Below are positions 44,402 to 64,000 of a stretch of 64,000 nucleotides of DNA, in pieces. This DNA is from Azolla caroliniana (Eukaryota; Plantae; Polypodiophyta): assembly GCA_043228905.1 (NCBI GenBank), contig JBHGNT010000053.1, positions 113,700-177,699 of the forward strand. Reading direction: 5' to 3'. Every line of letters begins with the position of its first letter. The first letter of the stretch is position 1. The notes under the pieces are model-generated. The model ran no database searches, was not told the origin of the DNA, and saw only the letters and a list, made by a program, of their open reading frames with translations. The translations under genes and the position numbers were made by a program.

Positions 44402-47400
44402 CTGCTTGCGGAACCTGCTGATATTACGTTTTGTTGTCAAACTTGGATGAGCTCCTGTCTAACAAGTATTATAAAATATATATATTACCATATGTGCAAA
44501 TGCTCATAATTGAACAAATGGCTTATATATCACAAACAATGACCTTTCATTTTACCTCAATTGCATATTGTTCAGCAGGTAATCCAAAAGCATCCCAACC
44601 CATTCCCATTGGATGAAGAACATTAAACCCTTGCATGCGTTTGTACCTTGCAATAATATCAGTGGCTGTATAACCTTCAGGGTGTCCAACATGAAGACCT
44701 GATCCACTGTTAAACAGTCATGACCATGTAAATCATTAAGGGTTGATAAACCAAAACATAACATAATCAAACACCAGAGTAGAAAGAAAGAAAGAGTGTC
44801 CAACATGAAGACCTGCCCCATTATCGAACATTCATGACAATGCAAATCATCAAGCATTAATAAACTTAGATATCCCACACTAAACACCATAGTAGAAAGA
44901 AAGAAAGCTATATAACATATTTTAAGAGGCCAAAATAGTCTATAAACTGAACAGAAATCTTTGGGAACAAAATGTTTTCTCGTCTTTGGGAAAAACAAAT
45001 CAAAATAATTATTGAGGAAACTGTTATGACAGTAGTAGGGTGCCAAAGAGCCTAGCACAAACAGAGAAAATTATACTAAAAAGCAACTATATTTCTTAGT
45101 GAGCCTCAAAGCCTTTAAATAGAGCGGGGTTTGTAACTGATACATTTATGAAAGGGGATAACATGTGCCTAGGAGCATAATGAGTAAAAGTCGTAAAGTA
45201 GTGGGGAGAAAAAACAATGTAGTAAATGTTGTAATGAAGTACTGGCAGGATTAGAAAGTCAAATGAGATAATTGATGGAATAAAGTGAATCTAGAGAGAG
45301 AAATGTGTAGTGTGCGTGTGTGCAGAAGGGAAAGATTAGTTCTAAGGCTGTCATCCTCCACCACCTCGGCTCCAGAATGGTGCTCCTAATTTGAGATGAA
45401 TAAAGGGCTGATCAATTGTGTCCTTAGGAAGTGCCTTGTTAAAGAAGCCAGCCACATTGCCATAGATTACTTGCTATACCCAAGAAACTTGCATTTCTTA
45501 CTCTTGGATTCAAATTTAGTAAGTGTAGTATCTGAAATATGAACATATTCATCAGATTCAAACACCCAAAGATGAGAAACTAAGAATTTGTGACCTGTAA
45601 ATGCCTCTTCAAGGATCATTTCAGCAAGTGCCTTAGTAGGAGAATAGTTGATGATATAGACAGCTGTGTCGATAGCTTCACCCAAAAATGGAGAGAAAGA
45701 TCAGATTGAGACAACACTCTCACCATTTCTTAACTGTCTTGTTCTTCCTTTCTACTACTAATTTTGTTGTGGAGAATTGGGGACAGAAAACTGACAAGCA
45801 ATACCTTGTTGCCAAGAAAAGATACTAACAGAACATGAAATAAATTCACCACCATTGTTAGCTCTGATTTTGTTAACCTTCTTGAAGGTCTTTGTTTCAA
45901 CTAGAGACACCCATTCTTGAAACCTAGAGAGTGCTTCAAATTTGGTTGAAGGTATGTGAACTCAGACTAGCTCCAAAATGGATGTGGCACAATAAGTTGC
46001 TTGAGAGAGAAATGGTTCTCAGTGGTGCTTCCCATGTGCACAAGCCACACATGAGGTATTGAAGAAATTTGAATGAGGAAGGCCATGCACCATTTGGGAT
46101 GACGAGAGTCATAGTTGTGATGCCCAAAAGCAAGCACACAACAGCTACGGATCTTCTTGAGCTACTACGACATAACTTCAATGCAGATGTTATAGTAGAT
46201 GAGACTTGGAGGATGGTAATGAGCTGTTGGAGCCGTGACGGTGACACAAGTCCATTTCCTTTTTATCACTGGTGGAAATTTGTAGGTTGTTGATGTCATC
46301 TCCAACTTAAGAGTTATTCAGATTATACATTTTGTTGACTAGAAGGAAAATTCAAAATGCATTACCCATGGATGAAGCCTCAAGCACCAACAGTAGGTTA
46401 GATGAAAGACAAGGTACAGATAATACATTTTGAATCATAGTTGTTTGTTGACCAGAAAGAGAATTCAAAAATACATTACTCATGTGTGAGGCCTCGGGAC
46501 TTGAGGCATCTGCAATAGAAATGTGTGAGCTGTGAGGTCGAATATAACACAAGATAGACCTGTCAAGAGTCATATGACTTGTGCAAGCACTCTCCATAAT
46601 CCAATGATCAAGAGAGGATACACTTCAGCTAGTCATAGGGGAAGAATTAAAGATGACACCCTAAGAAAGTTGTTTCTTTGGCAGTACATCTAGTGTTTGA
46701 TCACAATACAAACCTAGGGTTGGTTGAGGATGGCTTTGTGGAATCATCCCTTTCATTTTCTAGCAATCAGGTTGGATGTGGACTTAATTATCCCAATGGC
46801 GATAAGTAAGATCTTTATGGGCTGGATTGTTGGTTGGTTTTGAAGAAGATTTATTAATGTTAGGAGATGCATTCTATTTGCCTTTGCCTTTATAATAGAG
46901 AAGATGCTACCTGTATCCAACGTCTTTGCCAATTACAGTAGGAAGATATACACGAATACCTCTAGAAGAAAGAATTTGCCAATTATGTCATCAAGGAGTG
47001 GAATCCGAAGCACGCTATGTTTGACACTGTAGTGTCTTTTATGAAATCAGAGGGAGATGCCATTGCCTCTTTAAACAAGGCTTTGGCCCGCTACGTAAGG
47101 TAATGGAATATTAGGACCAACGGTGCCTAGGTCTTTTCTTACTAGAACTCAAGAGACAGAGGGAAGCATTTGTAGTGTGATAGGGTAGCTCAAGACTTCT
47201 TCAAATCAGTTAGAGATTGAGATAGGAAAATATGCATGCAAATCTATTGAAGAATAAATCTGCCAATTACGCCATTGGGAGTGAAATTGGAAAGCATTAA
47301 GTTAGTCATGGCTTTGGTTTTTAGTTTTAAAAAAAGGAGGGAGATACCATTGCCTTTTTAAACAAAGCTTTGACCCAGTACAGAAGGTCAAGTGTGTTTA

Positions 47401-48511
47401 GGATTGTTCTCACAAGAATTCAAGAGACATAGTGAGAAGTTGTTGACGGACAACAACACAGCCACAACAGCTTATCGACGAAGGGCCATTACAGCTTGAT
47501 TTTTCTCCATCACTCAATGCTACAAGTCAATCAGTTGGCTACACATGTGGAGTCTTGGCCAGGACACTTGAATGGGGTTAAATAGATTGGGCAATAGCAA
47601 ATTGTCTTGTCATCTAGGCCACAGCATCTATCACCTTTGTAAGAACTAGAAGATAGAACGAAAGTTTTCTGAAATACTTAAAGGCAAAGATATAGAAACC
47701 AAAAACAAATATGGGGTTTCACACATAGAAAAGATTAAAGAAAGCAGAAGCAGATCTGCAAAATAAAAGGCCACTACTTAAAAAGCAATGTACAAGGTAG
47801 AAGTGCCCCATCTGCTCTCAGCCTGACCCACATGAATTGACCAGTCTCATCTCTATGAAAAATGTGGGTCAGAGGTTCTAACTCCTCTGTGAAAAGCAAT
47901 GAAACTCCACTAGCCCAGTGATCCCCCCATATGTTGTCTGCAAGTGAGCTCCCATATGTATCCTATATCATTCTCGGAGGAGGATTACCCGATGCATCTC
48001 GACATAAGTTTACCAGAGATTTTGTTAGTGTGTCTAATTGGAGGGAATGAGGACTGAGTGTATACCTAGGATAGGGGAACATGTCGAGGACATAGAATTT
48101 AGGCTTTGAAGTGTCGACGGTGTCAGGAGTGTGGAACGTCTGGTTGGCTTCCCAGAAATGTTGCCATTTCTGTTCGATGACATGGAAGGGATAAGCTTTT
48201 CTGAGAGGAAGCAATGGAGTAGTTGGGCCACTTTCGGCGTCAGTTGAGGAAGTGGCGATGCTACAGAAGAGAGTGCGGCTTGACGTCCTTCTTCTTCTCC
48301 CACCGAACTGCTGGAACAACAAGTTGCAGCTAGTTGTGGCCTTGCAAGGTCGTGAGAGGATATTGAGGCAGCAAAGGGGACGCCTGAGGAGGAAAGAGGT
48401 GCAGCAGTTGAGGGAGGAGCTCAACATGCCGCCTTCCTGCAGGTGCTGCCAAGCTGGGATACTACTGCTCGCCATAGCCATAGCCATAGCCATAGCCATA
48501 GCCATAGCCAT
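44402..48511 (-). pseudogene. Organellar leucyl-tRNA synthetase exons 1-3, copy 2
   Basis: Matches 14821-18930. Confidence 0.88.
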
Positions 48512-50942
48512 AGCTGCTCACTCACTCGTGGACATTAATTCATTCATTATTCATATATCTATGTACATATATCATCATCATCAAAATCATCATCATCATC
48601 TCTGTGTGGTCGGTCGGTCACGCAGACCAAAATACATGAACATACATATGTACATACATTCTTCATTTCTTTCTTATCTATCTAGTATCTAGTCAAGGGA
48701 GTTATTAAGAAGTTTTACAAGAGAACCATTTCGAATGCAAGTGGGCGGGCAATCACACACAAGAATCAACCAAACTCGTTAGTGCGGCTCTTTTATTGAC
48801 ACAACTATCAATAATTATTGACATAAAAGAGTTGATAGTTGTGTCAATAATTATTGACACAACTATCAACTCTTTTATGCATGGACAACAATTGGGGCAA
48901 CCACAAAGGAGTCCATCCATCTCCCCATAACAATAGAACATGATGGATGTCCTATGTTGGTGGTGATGCAACATCCACATCTAACAACACTTGTGATGCA
49001 TTATCGACCTCGAGAGCTCACCAATGACACTTTGGAGGCAATTTTAGTAATGACAAATAGTGTTTCACTCTTTGCGCTCATATACAACACTACTACTAGC
49101 CCATCCAATGACAAAGCTTGGTATGCCCGATCGATAACATTTGCTCCAACTCTCCTTGCGTCAACTCCCAGATGACAAGAAATCAAAGCTCAAGTTTATC
49201 ATTTGGACACGAAACAGGTGTCTCCAAACTATCATCGTGATCCTCTCCAATAAGATCCTTTGAGGAAATCATGGTGTCCTTGATTTGGGGATGGTGACTA
49301 TGTGAACAGACATTCAAACATATGGCAAACTAACCACTTGTTTCAATATCTTACTTGGGTGTTATACAAAAGCGCATCGTATGCATGCATGTGTAGGTGG
49401 AAACTCGTTGACATTGTGGACTAGGAAATGGGTGGGATGATCCAATATATATCAAAGAATGCATAGCGCGTGGGGTGTTGGAACAAAGAATATGTGAATC
49501 AGTATCTTGGCTTGTGAGATTTCAAACCTCCAACGCCTATGTTAGAAACAAGATGCTTCAAATTATTGAGCAAGGAACGATATATAACGTAAAATAACAA
49601 CCAAGCAAGCAAGGATACACAGGTATGAATGAATGTATGATTTATCTTGAGCTTTTTAAGATATATTGTGTGCCTATAAGAGATTTGTTGAAGTTGGGGA
49701 GATATTTACAAGGGACACAATTGCATGCGAAGGAATTTAAGGGGAGATTGTGGAACATTCAAAAGCTAAAACATGGTGGCGAATAATGTGTCTTGTTGAA
49801 AGGAAAGTAGGGCAAGACAATCAAAGTGTTATCATAAACTCAAAGTCACGAAGATACACATGGCAAACATTTGGTGTTTGGCAATGCCTCTTATTAAATT
49901 TTGAAGGTGAAACTCCATCATGGGTTGTCTCTAATTAGTAGAAGATATTCTCTTAAAAAATCATTTGCATTGGGTAGGAGACATAGGAGTGAGAGGAAGT
50001 GAATTGTTGGAGGTGATTGTCAACGAAGTATGCCATGATCCACACAAAATGCCCAACCATGGGCATCACATCGAAAAGTTGACTAGTTGAGAGTGAAGCA
50101 CACCTTTGGTGAGCATTGTGAAAATCTTACCATGTTCATCTATGTGGAAGAGGATAGAAGTTGGGACTGGTGGATATGTAGCCAAGAGTCGGTTGAACAA
50201 TTTATCAATGACGCAACCATCTAATTAAGGTTAACCCTCCAAGGTGGTTATTTATCGGGGGGCTTCAAAAGGAAGTTTTGAACCTAATGAGCTTGACCCA
50301 ACTCTAGGGACACAATTATCAATCAAGTTGTTGGTTGTCAACATACAACATTGGGTATAAGAGCATATCAATTTGTTGTTCAATGGAACTTCAAGGTAAA
50401 AGTGCGAGAGATGTGTGATGAGGGGTAGTTCAAAAAGCTCATGGTAATAAGCAAGAGGAACAACAAAATGTTTGTTGTTGTCCTCATTCCATTTTGTCCA
50501 CATATTCCGGGAGTGTGCCATTGAGCTTGAACCAATAATTGGCCATAAAAACAATTGGCATTGAAGCTTTGGATGAATAATTAGAGCTTGAGTTTCACAA
50601 TGTGAAGATGAGGATGACAATTGTCGGTGGAGGGGTCCGTCAATGAGAGGAACGTCCTTAAGCAAAAAATTTACTAATGTAGGTTCCAAATGATGAAAAA
50701 CAATGTGTTAGGCGTGATGCTTGCAAGTGGGGTTGTGGTTTGTGTCTTATTTGCAGAAATGGGTGTCAAGGACGTGTAATCTTGACTCACAACATGTGGG
50801 ATGTTGAGTGAAATGAATATGAAGCCCTCCATAGAAAATACGATCTAGCCTTTTCTGTTATTAACCGTTCGGTTGTAGCAAGGAGTGCGGGCGACTTTGT
50901 GATATAGTAGATAATGTAATAGTCAAAGAAGATATTCTAAGC

Positions 50943-50996
<54 letters not shown>

Positions 50997-51025
50997 CAAG
51001 AAGTTTTCATTAAAATGAAAGGAAA

Positions 51026-51080
51026 GACCTTATGCAGCAAACTAGTTTCGCTCGCTTAGACCTCATCAGTGCAAAAGGTC
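51026..51080 (-). ncRNA. Minimal hammerhead ribozyme, copy 2
   Basis: Identical to 21442-21496. Confidence 0.75.
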
Positions 51081-54000
51081 ATGGAAATACAAATGGTGGT
51101 TTATATAGGATGTTGAGAATGGGGAAGGGAGGAGAAAGAGGGAAAGTATAATCATAGTGAGTGGGGTGTAATAAGAGTGTAAATAGATGGAAGGCTGTAA
51201 GGATTTAAGGTGGAAGATCTTGATGATAGGGGGGGTGGTGATAAAGGGGGAAATGAGTTGGTGATAGGAAGATTGATAGGGTGATAAGACAGATGAGTGA
51301 GTGGGATATGGTGATAAGGGGAAATGAATGAGTGATAGGGTATGTAATTATAAGTAAGTAAATATAAGATGGTGAGAAGGTGAAAATTAAGGAAGGGAAT
51401 AAGAAGGGAAAGGAAGGAAAATCGTGGCGGATCGGGGAGAGCTGGAAGCACAGGAAGCTGAGGAGTTGTTCGACCGACTAGGGGTAAAACTCTCCCTCAC
51501 TACGGCTTACAATCCGGAGGCGAACGGGAAAGTGGAACGTGGTCACGGGTCTATCGTGAAGGCATTAGTACGTGCTTGTGAAGGGCAGGTCGGGAATTGG
51601 CCGCGGCTCCTCCCTTACGCACTATGGGCGGACCGAACTACGCACAGTTCGACTACGGGGTTCATGCCGACAAAACTGATGTACGGGCAGAAGCCTATCA
51701 TGTCGGTAGAGCGGACGATCTCTTCGTGGGCGGCGGTAGACTGGAAGGACGAGATAAGCCGGGAGGAGCTGTTGGCGGCGCCAATTCGACAGCTCGAGCG
51801 GAGGCTAGAGGACGTACAGAGGGTGAAGGAGAAGCTGCGTGCGGCGAGGGAACGAAACAAGTTCCGGTTCAACCAGACGCACCGGCTACGACCCAAGAAG
51901 ATCGAGGAAGGCGATTGGGTGCTGGTTTACGACAGCAGCCTCGATAACCAGCATAAGGCGAAGCGTAAATTTGCAAGGAGGTGGTTCGGGCCTTATACGG
52001 TGACGAGCGCGAACGGCAACGACACGTATCACCTCCCAGAACTCGACGGAACACGCTTAGCGGTGCTGGTGGCCGGGAAGCGGATCAAGGCGTTCAAGAA
52101 GCGGAATGAAGATGAGCCGGAGCGAGGAGAGCGACGACGATCGGTTGGGGCCCGACGAAGAATCGGACAACGACGGATGACGAGCCGGCTTTCTCCCGTA
52201 TCTACCTGCCTCTGGAGCAGACCGGTGGATGCGCGGTTTGATGGGGGTGGATTTCGGCACCGCCTTGACTCCCCTTGCTCGTGGAAGTCCCGGAAATGCT
52301 GTCGGCACGCTCATTGTGCCTTCGTTCCTGCTCTTGCCGGCCGCTTCCATTGCGTGCCGACCCACCTCTTCCCCCACGCCCACGGGGTCTATCAGCCTCC
52401 ATGTACAGCATCCGACTGTCCGATTGAGTGGTCCGAGACTCACTCACGTGGTTTTCTTCGACCATCATCATCGATTGCAAGTCGAAGAAGGACGGTGGTT
52501 TCTCCCAGGTACAGATCGTTGTCCGCATCGGCCTGCACCTTTTCGCTAGACCACCAAGGCAGATTTGTACCATCTCGTGTTCATCCACTGTCACGTTGAT
52601 AGACCCGAGTGCGTCACAAATCTCTTTTACTTTGGTGGTATAGTCCGTGACCGACATGTCTCTCTGTCGGATGTTGTTCAGCTCTTGCCGGAGCTGCAAC
52701 TTACGGGTTGTGGTACTTGCGGCGAAAACCTTACGCAGATTTTCCCAGGCTTCCTTCGGCGTCTTTGCATCCCTAATGTAGCCGAGCATCTGGTCATGCA
52801 CAAAGGACGCGAGGCAGTACAGTACTCGGCTCGCTCCTTGCTCCCATACCCGAAAGTCCTTGTGTGCAGGTTCTGGCGCTACTTCATTCGTTCCTTCCAC
52901 AAAACTCCAATACCCATGCCCCAGTAGGTACTGATGCATTTTGTATGACCAGGACGCGTAGTTGGTCCGGTCGAGTTTCTCTGTGGGAATCGAACTTGCC
53001 ATAACTCTGTCCATGTCTTTTTCTGTCTACTGTTCTTACGACCTGTTAGGGTTTGCTCTTCGAAAGTAAATGTCGATTGCAGAGGTTCTCAACCCTCTCG
53101 ATCTAATACCATGTAGAAGATCACTTGCGGAAGCGATAGAAAGAACAGAGAAAATAGAAGATACATAGAGTGAGAGAGTACACGGGAGAGACAGAGAGAG
53201 CAGAACGTAAAACTATATTCAAAATTATATCAACACTCTGTACATACAACACGCTCATCAACGCTATTTATACAAGTCCTCATGGGACTGACAGAAGTAC
53301 CGTGTACTTCAATGCTCACACGAGCATCTAACACTCACTCCAAGACAATAACTACCTAGTAATACCGTAGATTACTAGGCTTCCGGTTACTGATGGATCC
53401 GGTTAACCGGCTCCCATGCTTATCGGCTTTTTGCTCACCGGCATACGAATCCGGCTCCGGTTGAGCTTGCCGCTCAACAATTTCCTCGTAAACAGGATCC
53501 AGTTCTTCTGTTTTCATGTTTACTTCTTCTTAAGAAAGACCTGATTCTTCTGTCTTCCAATGACGTTGATTTGTAAAGACATTTATCCTGATTTAGAAGC
53601 TACCTAGATTCAAAGTTCAAACTTTGATTTCTGGAATGTTTGTTTGAAAGACAACAGGTTATTTTGCCATTTACTCACGTTTTTTGTTTCTGGAACAACG
53701 TTTTAGTAAGTTAAATCATCTTGACAAATTGCAAGTATATAAGGGTGAATGGAACTCTATTTCCGATTTCCTTTCAAAGTATTTAGTGGTATTGCAAGCT
53801 AAATCAATCTTTTTCTCTTTCCCTTTGTTTTATGTTTAGATTTGGGCATGCTACTTCCGACCAACTGCTTCATGCAACTAGCTTTCTTGCATTATTGGTT
53901 GTGGTGAACAATACCATCAGATATCCATAATGTACATAAGTGGGGTTTCTTTCAAATTTATGCAATAGTTTGAGCTTATACCGTTTACACACCTACTTTG

Positions 54001-54780
54001 TCTTATAAATGGCTACAGAAAAGTAATGAATCTTAAAAAATCCTCTAGGTTTCTTACGAAGCCAAATCAGCATCCTTGGCTAGGCCTAAAGAGTTTTTCC
54101 ATCTGGCTGTAACTCCTTTATTTCACATCCATGTCATTCATTGCTCTTTTTAGTAATTTCCCAACTAAGTTAAACTAAATCAAACATACCATACCATACC
54201 AAATTAAACCAAATCAAACATACTATAGCATACCAAACCAAATTAAACTAAATCAAACATACCATACCATAGCAAATTAAACCAAATCAAACATACTATA
54301 GCATACCATACCAAATTAAACTAAATCAAACATACCATACCATACCATAGCAAATTAAACCAAATCAAACATACTATAGCATACCATACAACTAAATCAA
54401 ACATACCATACCATAGCAAATTAAACCAAATCAAACATACTATAGCATACCATACAACTAAATCAAACATACCATACCATACCAACTTAAACCAAATCAA
54501 ACATACTATAGCATACCAAACCAAATTAAACTAAATCAAACATACCATACCATAAGCGGGGTTTCTTTCAAATTTATGCAATAGTTTGAGCTTATACCGT
54601 TTACACACCTACTTTGTCTTATAAATGGCTACAGAAAAGTAATGAATCTTAAAAAATCCTCTAGGTTTCTTACGAAGCCAAATCAGCATCCTTGGCTAGG
54701 CCTAAAGAGTTTTTCCATCTGGCTGTAACTCCTTTATTTCACATCCATGTCATTCATTGCTCTTTTTAGTAATTTCCCGA

Positions 54781-59454
<4,674 letters not shown>

Positions 59455-62400
59455 TTTGAAGAAGAAGAAGAAGAAGAAGAAGAAGAAGAAGAAGACAGTG
59501 TGTGTGTCTGTGTCTCTGTCTATGTTTGCTGTTGAGTGAAGAAGAAGAAGAAGTAGATGGTTTTGTGAAAGTTTTTGAGTGTTTGGAAATGGATATTTGA
59601 AATTTTAAAATGTTCTCTCTAGCAAGTATTGGATCATTGATCTACTTTGGACGCAACTTGCCAAGCAAAGCAACAACGTGGACGACAACCTCAGTTATGT
59701 GCAAGAGAGAGATTACATTTTCAAATGGATCTCCTGCCCCACGACCATTTATCTTGATACTTCAATATCAATGGATGTTGGAAATGTGTGATCAATTTTC
59801 GTAAAACAACTTTTGGGCAATCGTCTCCACATTTTAAAGAGATCAAATTGAGTTGCCATTATGTGTTGTCCTTGCCCCAAACCTCATTATGAGGGGTCAA
59901 ATCATGAACAAAGTGCATTAGGAACTTGCTTGAATTTCATATTCACAAGGATGTCTAAGGTGGGGCCAAATGGCATAGTCATTGATAAGTGTTGGGCATC
60001 GTATAATGTTATATTTAATGTGGTTGCAAGAGACCGTCAATGTTTGATTGTTGCAAATGGGCATGGCTCGCAAACACATTATCGCCATTTGTTGTGTCAG
60101 TTCCACGCAAAAAAAAATCATGGGGTCCCACTTGTTGCCCAAAATAAGTGTTGGCGAGAGAAACCGCCTTTTATCAATGGATGTGTCTGATGCTAGTGCG
60201 GGTTTCACTATCAAGTACACTACCTTGAGACAAATAATGAACTGATCTAATGCTGATCTTGTGCATGTCTTAATCAAGGATAGTGAAACCCGCACTAGCA
60301 TCAGAGGGATCGTCATAATATAGTACATGCAATGACAAAAAATATTCAAAATGTTTTTGGTCTTTAACTTTGGAGATTTTGGTCTCCAAAATCAAACCTT
60401 AGAAACTTTTTGTGGTTGGCAATGTGTGGAATTTGAAGTTTTAAGTATTTTCAAAACACGTTTTTAGTTTTTTTGTGGTTGAAATTTATATTAATTGTTA
60501 TTTTGGTAGTGGAAATTTTAATGTTTTGATGACAAAGGTTGTCAGAATCGGGCTATGGGAAACTCCCGTACTCTTTTAGATAAAGATCTAATAGTGCAAA
60601 TTGCACTTGGCCTCTGAAATGCGCCCTACACCGTTGTGACCGTGATTCCCTCACCAAGCCTTATTATCAGTTGGATGCAAATAAACACCAGCCTTCTACA
60701 TACAAACATACATATACTTTATGAGCCCGCCGAATCCCACGAAAACTAGAGATTGTGAGTTACATACATATGTAGAAACCTCTAATTGTGTCATGTGGCC
60801 AAAAGACCCTTTTGCTCATCCAACAAGTGAACGGTGTTCCCATTAGTCGGTCCTATGAAAGAGTTGCGAGTAATTTCACAAGTTTTCTCACTCTTTCTCT
60901 ATATGTGTGCATGTGCATGCATGTGTGGATGCATGTCTGTCTCAGGGTATGTTAGGGTTTTTATGTAGTTTTTATGCCAAGGGTTTTGTTTATGATGAAA
61001 CTAGGTGTCGCGTCGTGACATATCTGGATGATCGTGATGGCCACATACACAGAAGCATTAATTAGATGTTTTTGATCCTTGCCCCGATGACACAATGACT
61101 CACCTTTGTTTGTTTACACAGTACATTGTCATATAACAATTATCCCCATATTTGCAATCCTATTCTAAAAGCGTGAACATCATGGTTGGTTTTGACACAT
61201 TGAATCCTTTCTTCTTCTTCTTTTTAATAACAAGCTCCTCCCCCTTCTTCGCAATGTGTTGTTTAATTAGCAAACGATTAGCACACATGTGGTTAGGCCG
61301 CCATAAAACTCTGCATGGTTTACAATTGTTTTTATTACGATCTTCGAAGGATTTATTTGAATGTATTCCTTTGTCTTTACACATATAGATTGTTCACCTT
61401 TCATGTTGGCAATGCGCAAACAAAAGAGAGGTATTTGGCTTGACTCAGAGTCACATGGAAGTTCGAGAAACATGTCTTTCACATAGCGAATTCTTGTGGT
61501 ATTGAATTGAAGGTATTGCCAACCCAATCCAACCAGCCCGTATCCTACCGAATTGAACCATATCATAGTGAATTAAGCCTAATTAAACCAAACCATACTA
61601 AATTAAACCAAATCAATCCAATTCAACCAACCCAATACGAATTCTTGTGGTATTGAATTGAAGGTGTTGCCAACCCAATCCAACCAACCCAATATCCTAC
61701 CAAATTGAACCATATCATAGTGAATTAAGCATAATTAAACCATATCATACCAAATCAAACATACTATACCATACCATACCAAATTAAACCAAATCAAACA
61801 TACTATAGCATACCAAACCAAATTAAACTAAATCAAACATACCATACCATACCAAATTAAACCAAATCAAACATACTATAGCATACCAAACCAAATTAAA
61901 CTAAATCAAACATACCATACCATACCAAATTAAACCAAATCAAACATACTATAGCATACCAAACCAAATTAATCTAAATCAAACATACCATACCATACCA
62001 AACCAAATTAAACTAAATCAAACATACCATACCATACCAAATTAAACCAAATCAAACATACTATAGCATACCAAACCAAATTAAACTAAATCAAACATAC
62101 CATACCATACCAAATTAAACTAAATCAAACATACCATACCATACCAAATTAAACTAAATCAAATATACCATACCATAGCAAATTAAACCAAATCAAACAT
62201 ACTATAGCATACCATACCAAATTAAACTAAATCAAACATACCATACCATACCATAGCAAATTAAACCAAATCAAACATACTATAGCATACCATACAACTA
62301 AATCAAACATACCATAGCATACCATACAACTAAATCAAACATACCATACCATACCAACTTAAACCAAATCAAACATACTATAGCATACCAAACCAAATTA

Positions 62401-64000
62401 AACTAAATCAAACATACCATACCATACCAAATTAAACCAAATCAAACATACTATAGCATACCAAACCAAATTAAATTAAATCAAACATACCATACCATAC
62501 CAAATTAAACTAAATCAAACATACCATACCATACCAAATTAAACCAAATCAAACATACCATACCATACCAAATTATGACGATCCCTCTGATGCTAGTGCG
62601 GGTAAGATAAGGATTTTAGTATTTCTCTTAAGGCTATTGAGGGCTAAGAGAAGGTGGTATGGGGGTTTAACATACTTAATTTTAGTGTTTAGTAGTTGTT
62701 CTTGTAGGATACTATTGTATTTTTCAATAAGGGTTTCTAAGGGAAGGTATTTAGATGGAGGGTTCCAGCTGGGGTTAGGTAATTTGAAGGGATTCGGTGG
62801 GGTAGTATCATTATTTTTAAAGAAGTGTCTAAGGCGTAGTGATCTACTAAGGTTGGTATATTCTTTAAGGATATTTTGAGGGGAGGGTGGGGGGGGGGGG
62901 GAAGGGGGGGGTGTATTTTAGTCCTAAGTTTAATAATTGTGTTTCGTTTTTACTAAGTGTGTAAGCGGACAAGTTATGTAGACTAAGACTAGTACGAGGG
63001 GTATAAGCTAAAGGTTTCCAAAATTTAGTCCTAGGTCTATTCCTGCGGGTTTTCTTAGAGGTAGGGTAAAACATGAATTTTTTATTATTAGTATTCCCCA
63101 ACCACATAAAAGTGTCAGGGGTTGAGGTTTGTCTATTGAGAAGGTAGAAGATTCGTTTTCTAGGATGTATGGCGTGTCTAAAGTGTCTATTCACACGTTT
63201 AGCACACCGTGTTAGACGTATTTTGGTCGGGCTATGGGAGGGTTTGAGGAGGGGGTATGTGAATGATTTTGAGTATTATGGTGTCTATTATGAGGCCTAT
63301 GATTTATGTGGGGATATGATGTAGTAATATTTTTTGGAGGGGGAGGGGTAGTGTTAACATTATTAAAAGGATAGGGCGTGGTATTAATTTTTGGAGGGGG
63401 GAGGGTATTATGTATTAAGAAAGAAGGGGGAGGGTTAATAGAGGAATTAGAGAAATATGGGGGAGGGATAATAGAGGAAGTAGGGGGAAGGGTATGAGTA
63501 AAATGCGGGGGAGGAGTATACGAAAAATTAGTGTAAATAGGTGGAGGGGAATATGTGTAATTTGAAGAAACGAAAGAGATGGAGATCCCATTAGATAATC
63601 GACTGTGCTTGCACCCCCTTTTGGGTTCCAACATGTCAAAGCATCTTATCCAGGCCATTGTGACAAGCCATTATATATCACAAGTCCATGCGCGCTTCCC
63701 AAGGCTAGAAAGTGTTTTCCATATTCAATTATAGCACTCATATCTTGAACTTTTCTCTTTAGACCAACCTCTTCTGCCATAGCTTCTCCATAGCCAGCCT
63801 CGTCGGTGTTAAATATAGTTGTTTGTTCATCCTTGGTTCGTGCATTAAAATCTCCTAATAGTATTATATCCCCCATAGTAGCAAATCTTATGATATCATC
63901 ATATAGTGTTCGATATGGTGATTCACCTAGAGGTGCAAACCTTGAATAGGCAGGTGGAAAGTAGCAAATTGCAATATATAGCTCCCTAAGATCCCCTCTT

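Overview
Eukaryotic, intron-rich plant DNA. An axonemal dynein plus organelle-targeted genes suggest a land plant with flagellated sperm, probably a fern or lycophyte (inference). The whole window is a head-to-tail tandem array of one ~29.6-kb unit: 1-29589, 29590-59215 and a partial third copy at 59216-64000. By eye the copies differ only by about 6 transition SNPs and by microsatellite length. The unit is a patchwork. It holds (i) one spliceable open gene, a divergent adenylosuccinate-lyase (PurB/ADSL) paralog that keeps the catalytic His/Ser but has changed AMP-binding residues and lacks the normal C-terminus; (ii) the last 13 exons of an axonemal dynein heavy chain; (iii) the first 3 exons of an organellar leucyl-tRNA synthetase; and (iv) abruptly fused pieces of Penelope-like (one with a hammerhead ribozyme), LINE, Copia, Gypsy and MULE elements, and solo LTRs with TSDs. 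Junctions are marked by microhomologies, (AG)n tracts, a 32-bp inverted snippet and three copies of a pentamer-based (CATAC/CAAAT/TAAAC) satellite. This pattern points to template-switch assembly followed by recent amplification.
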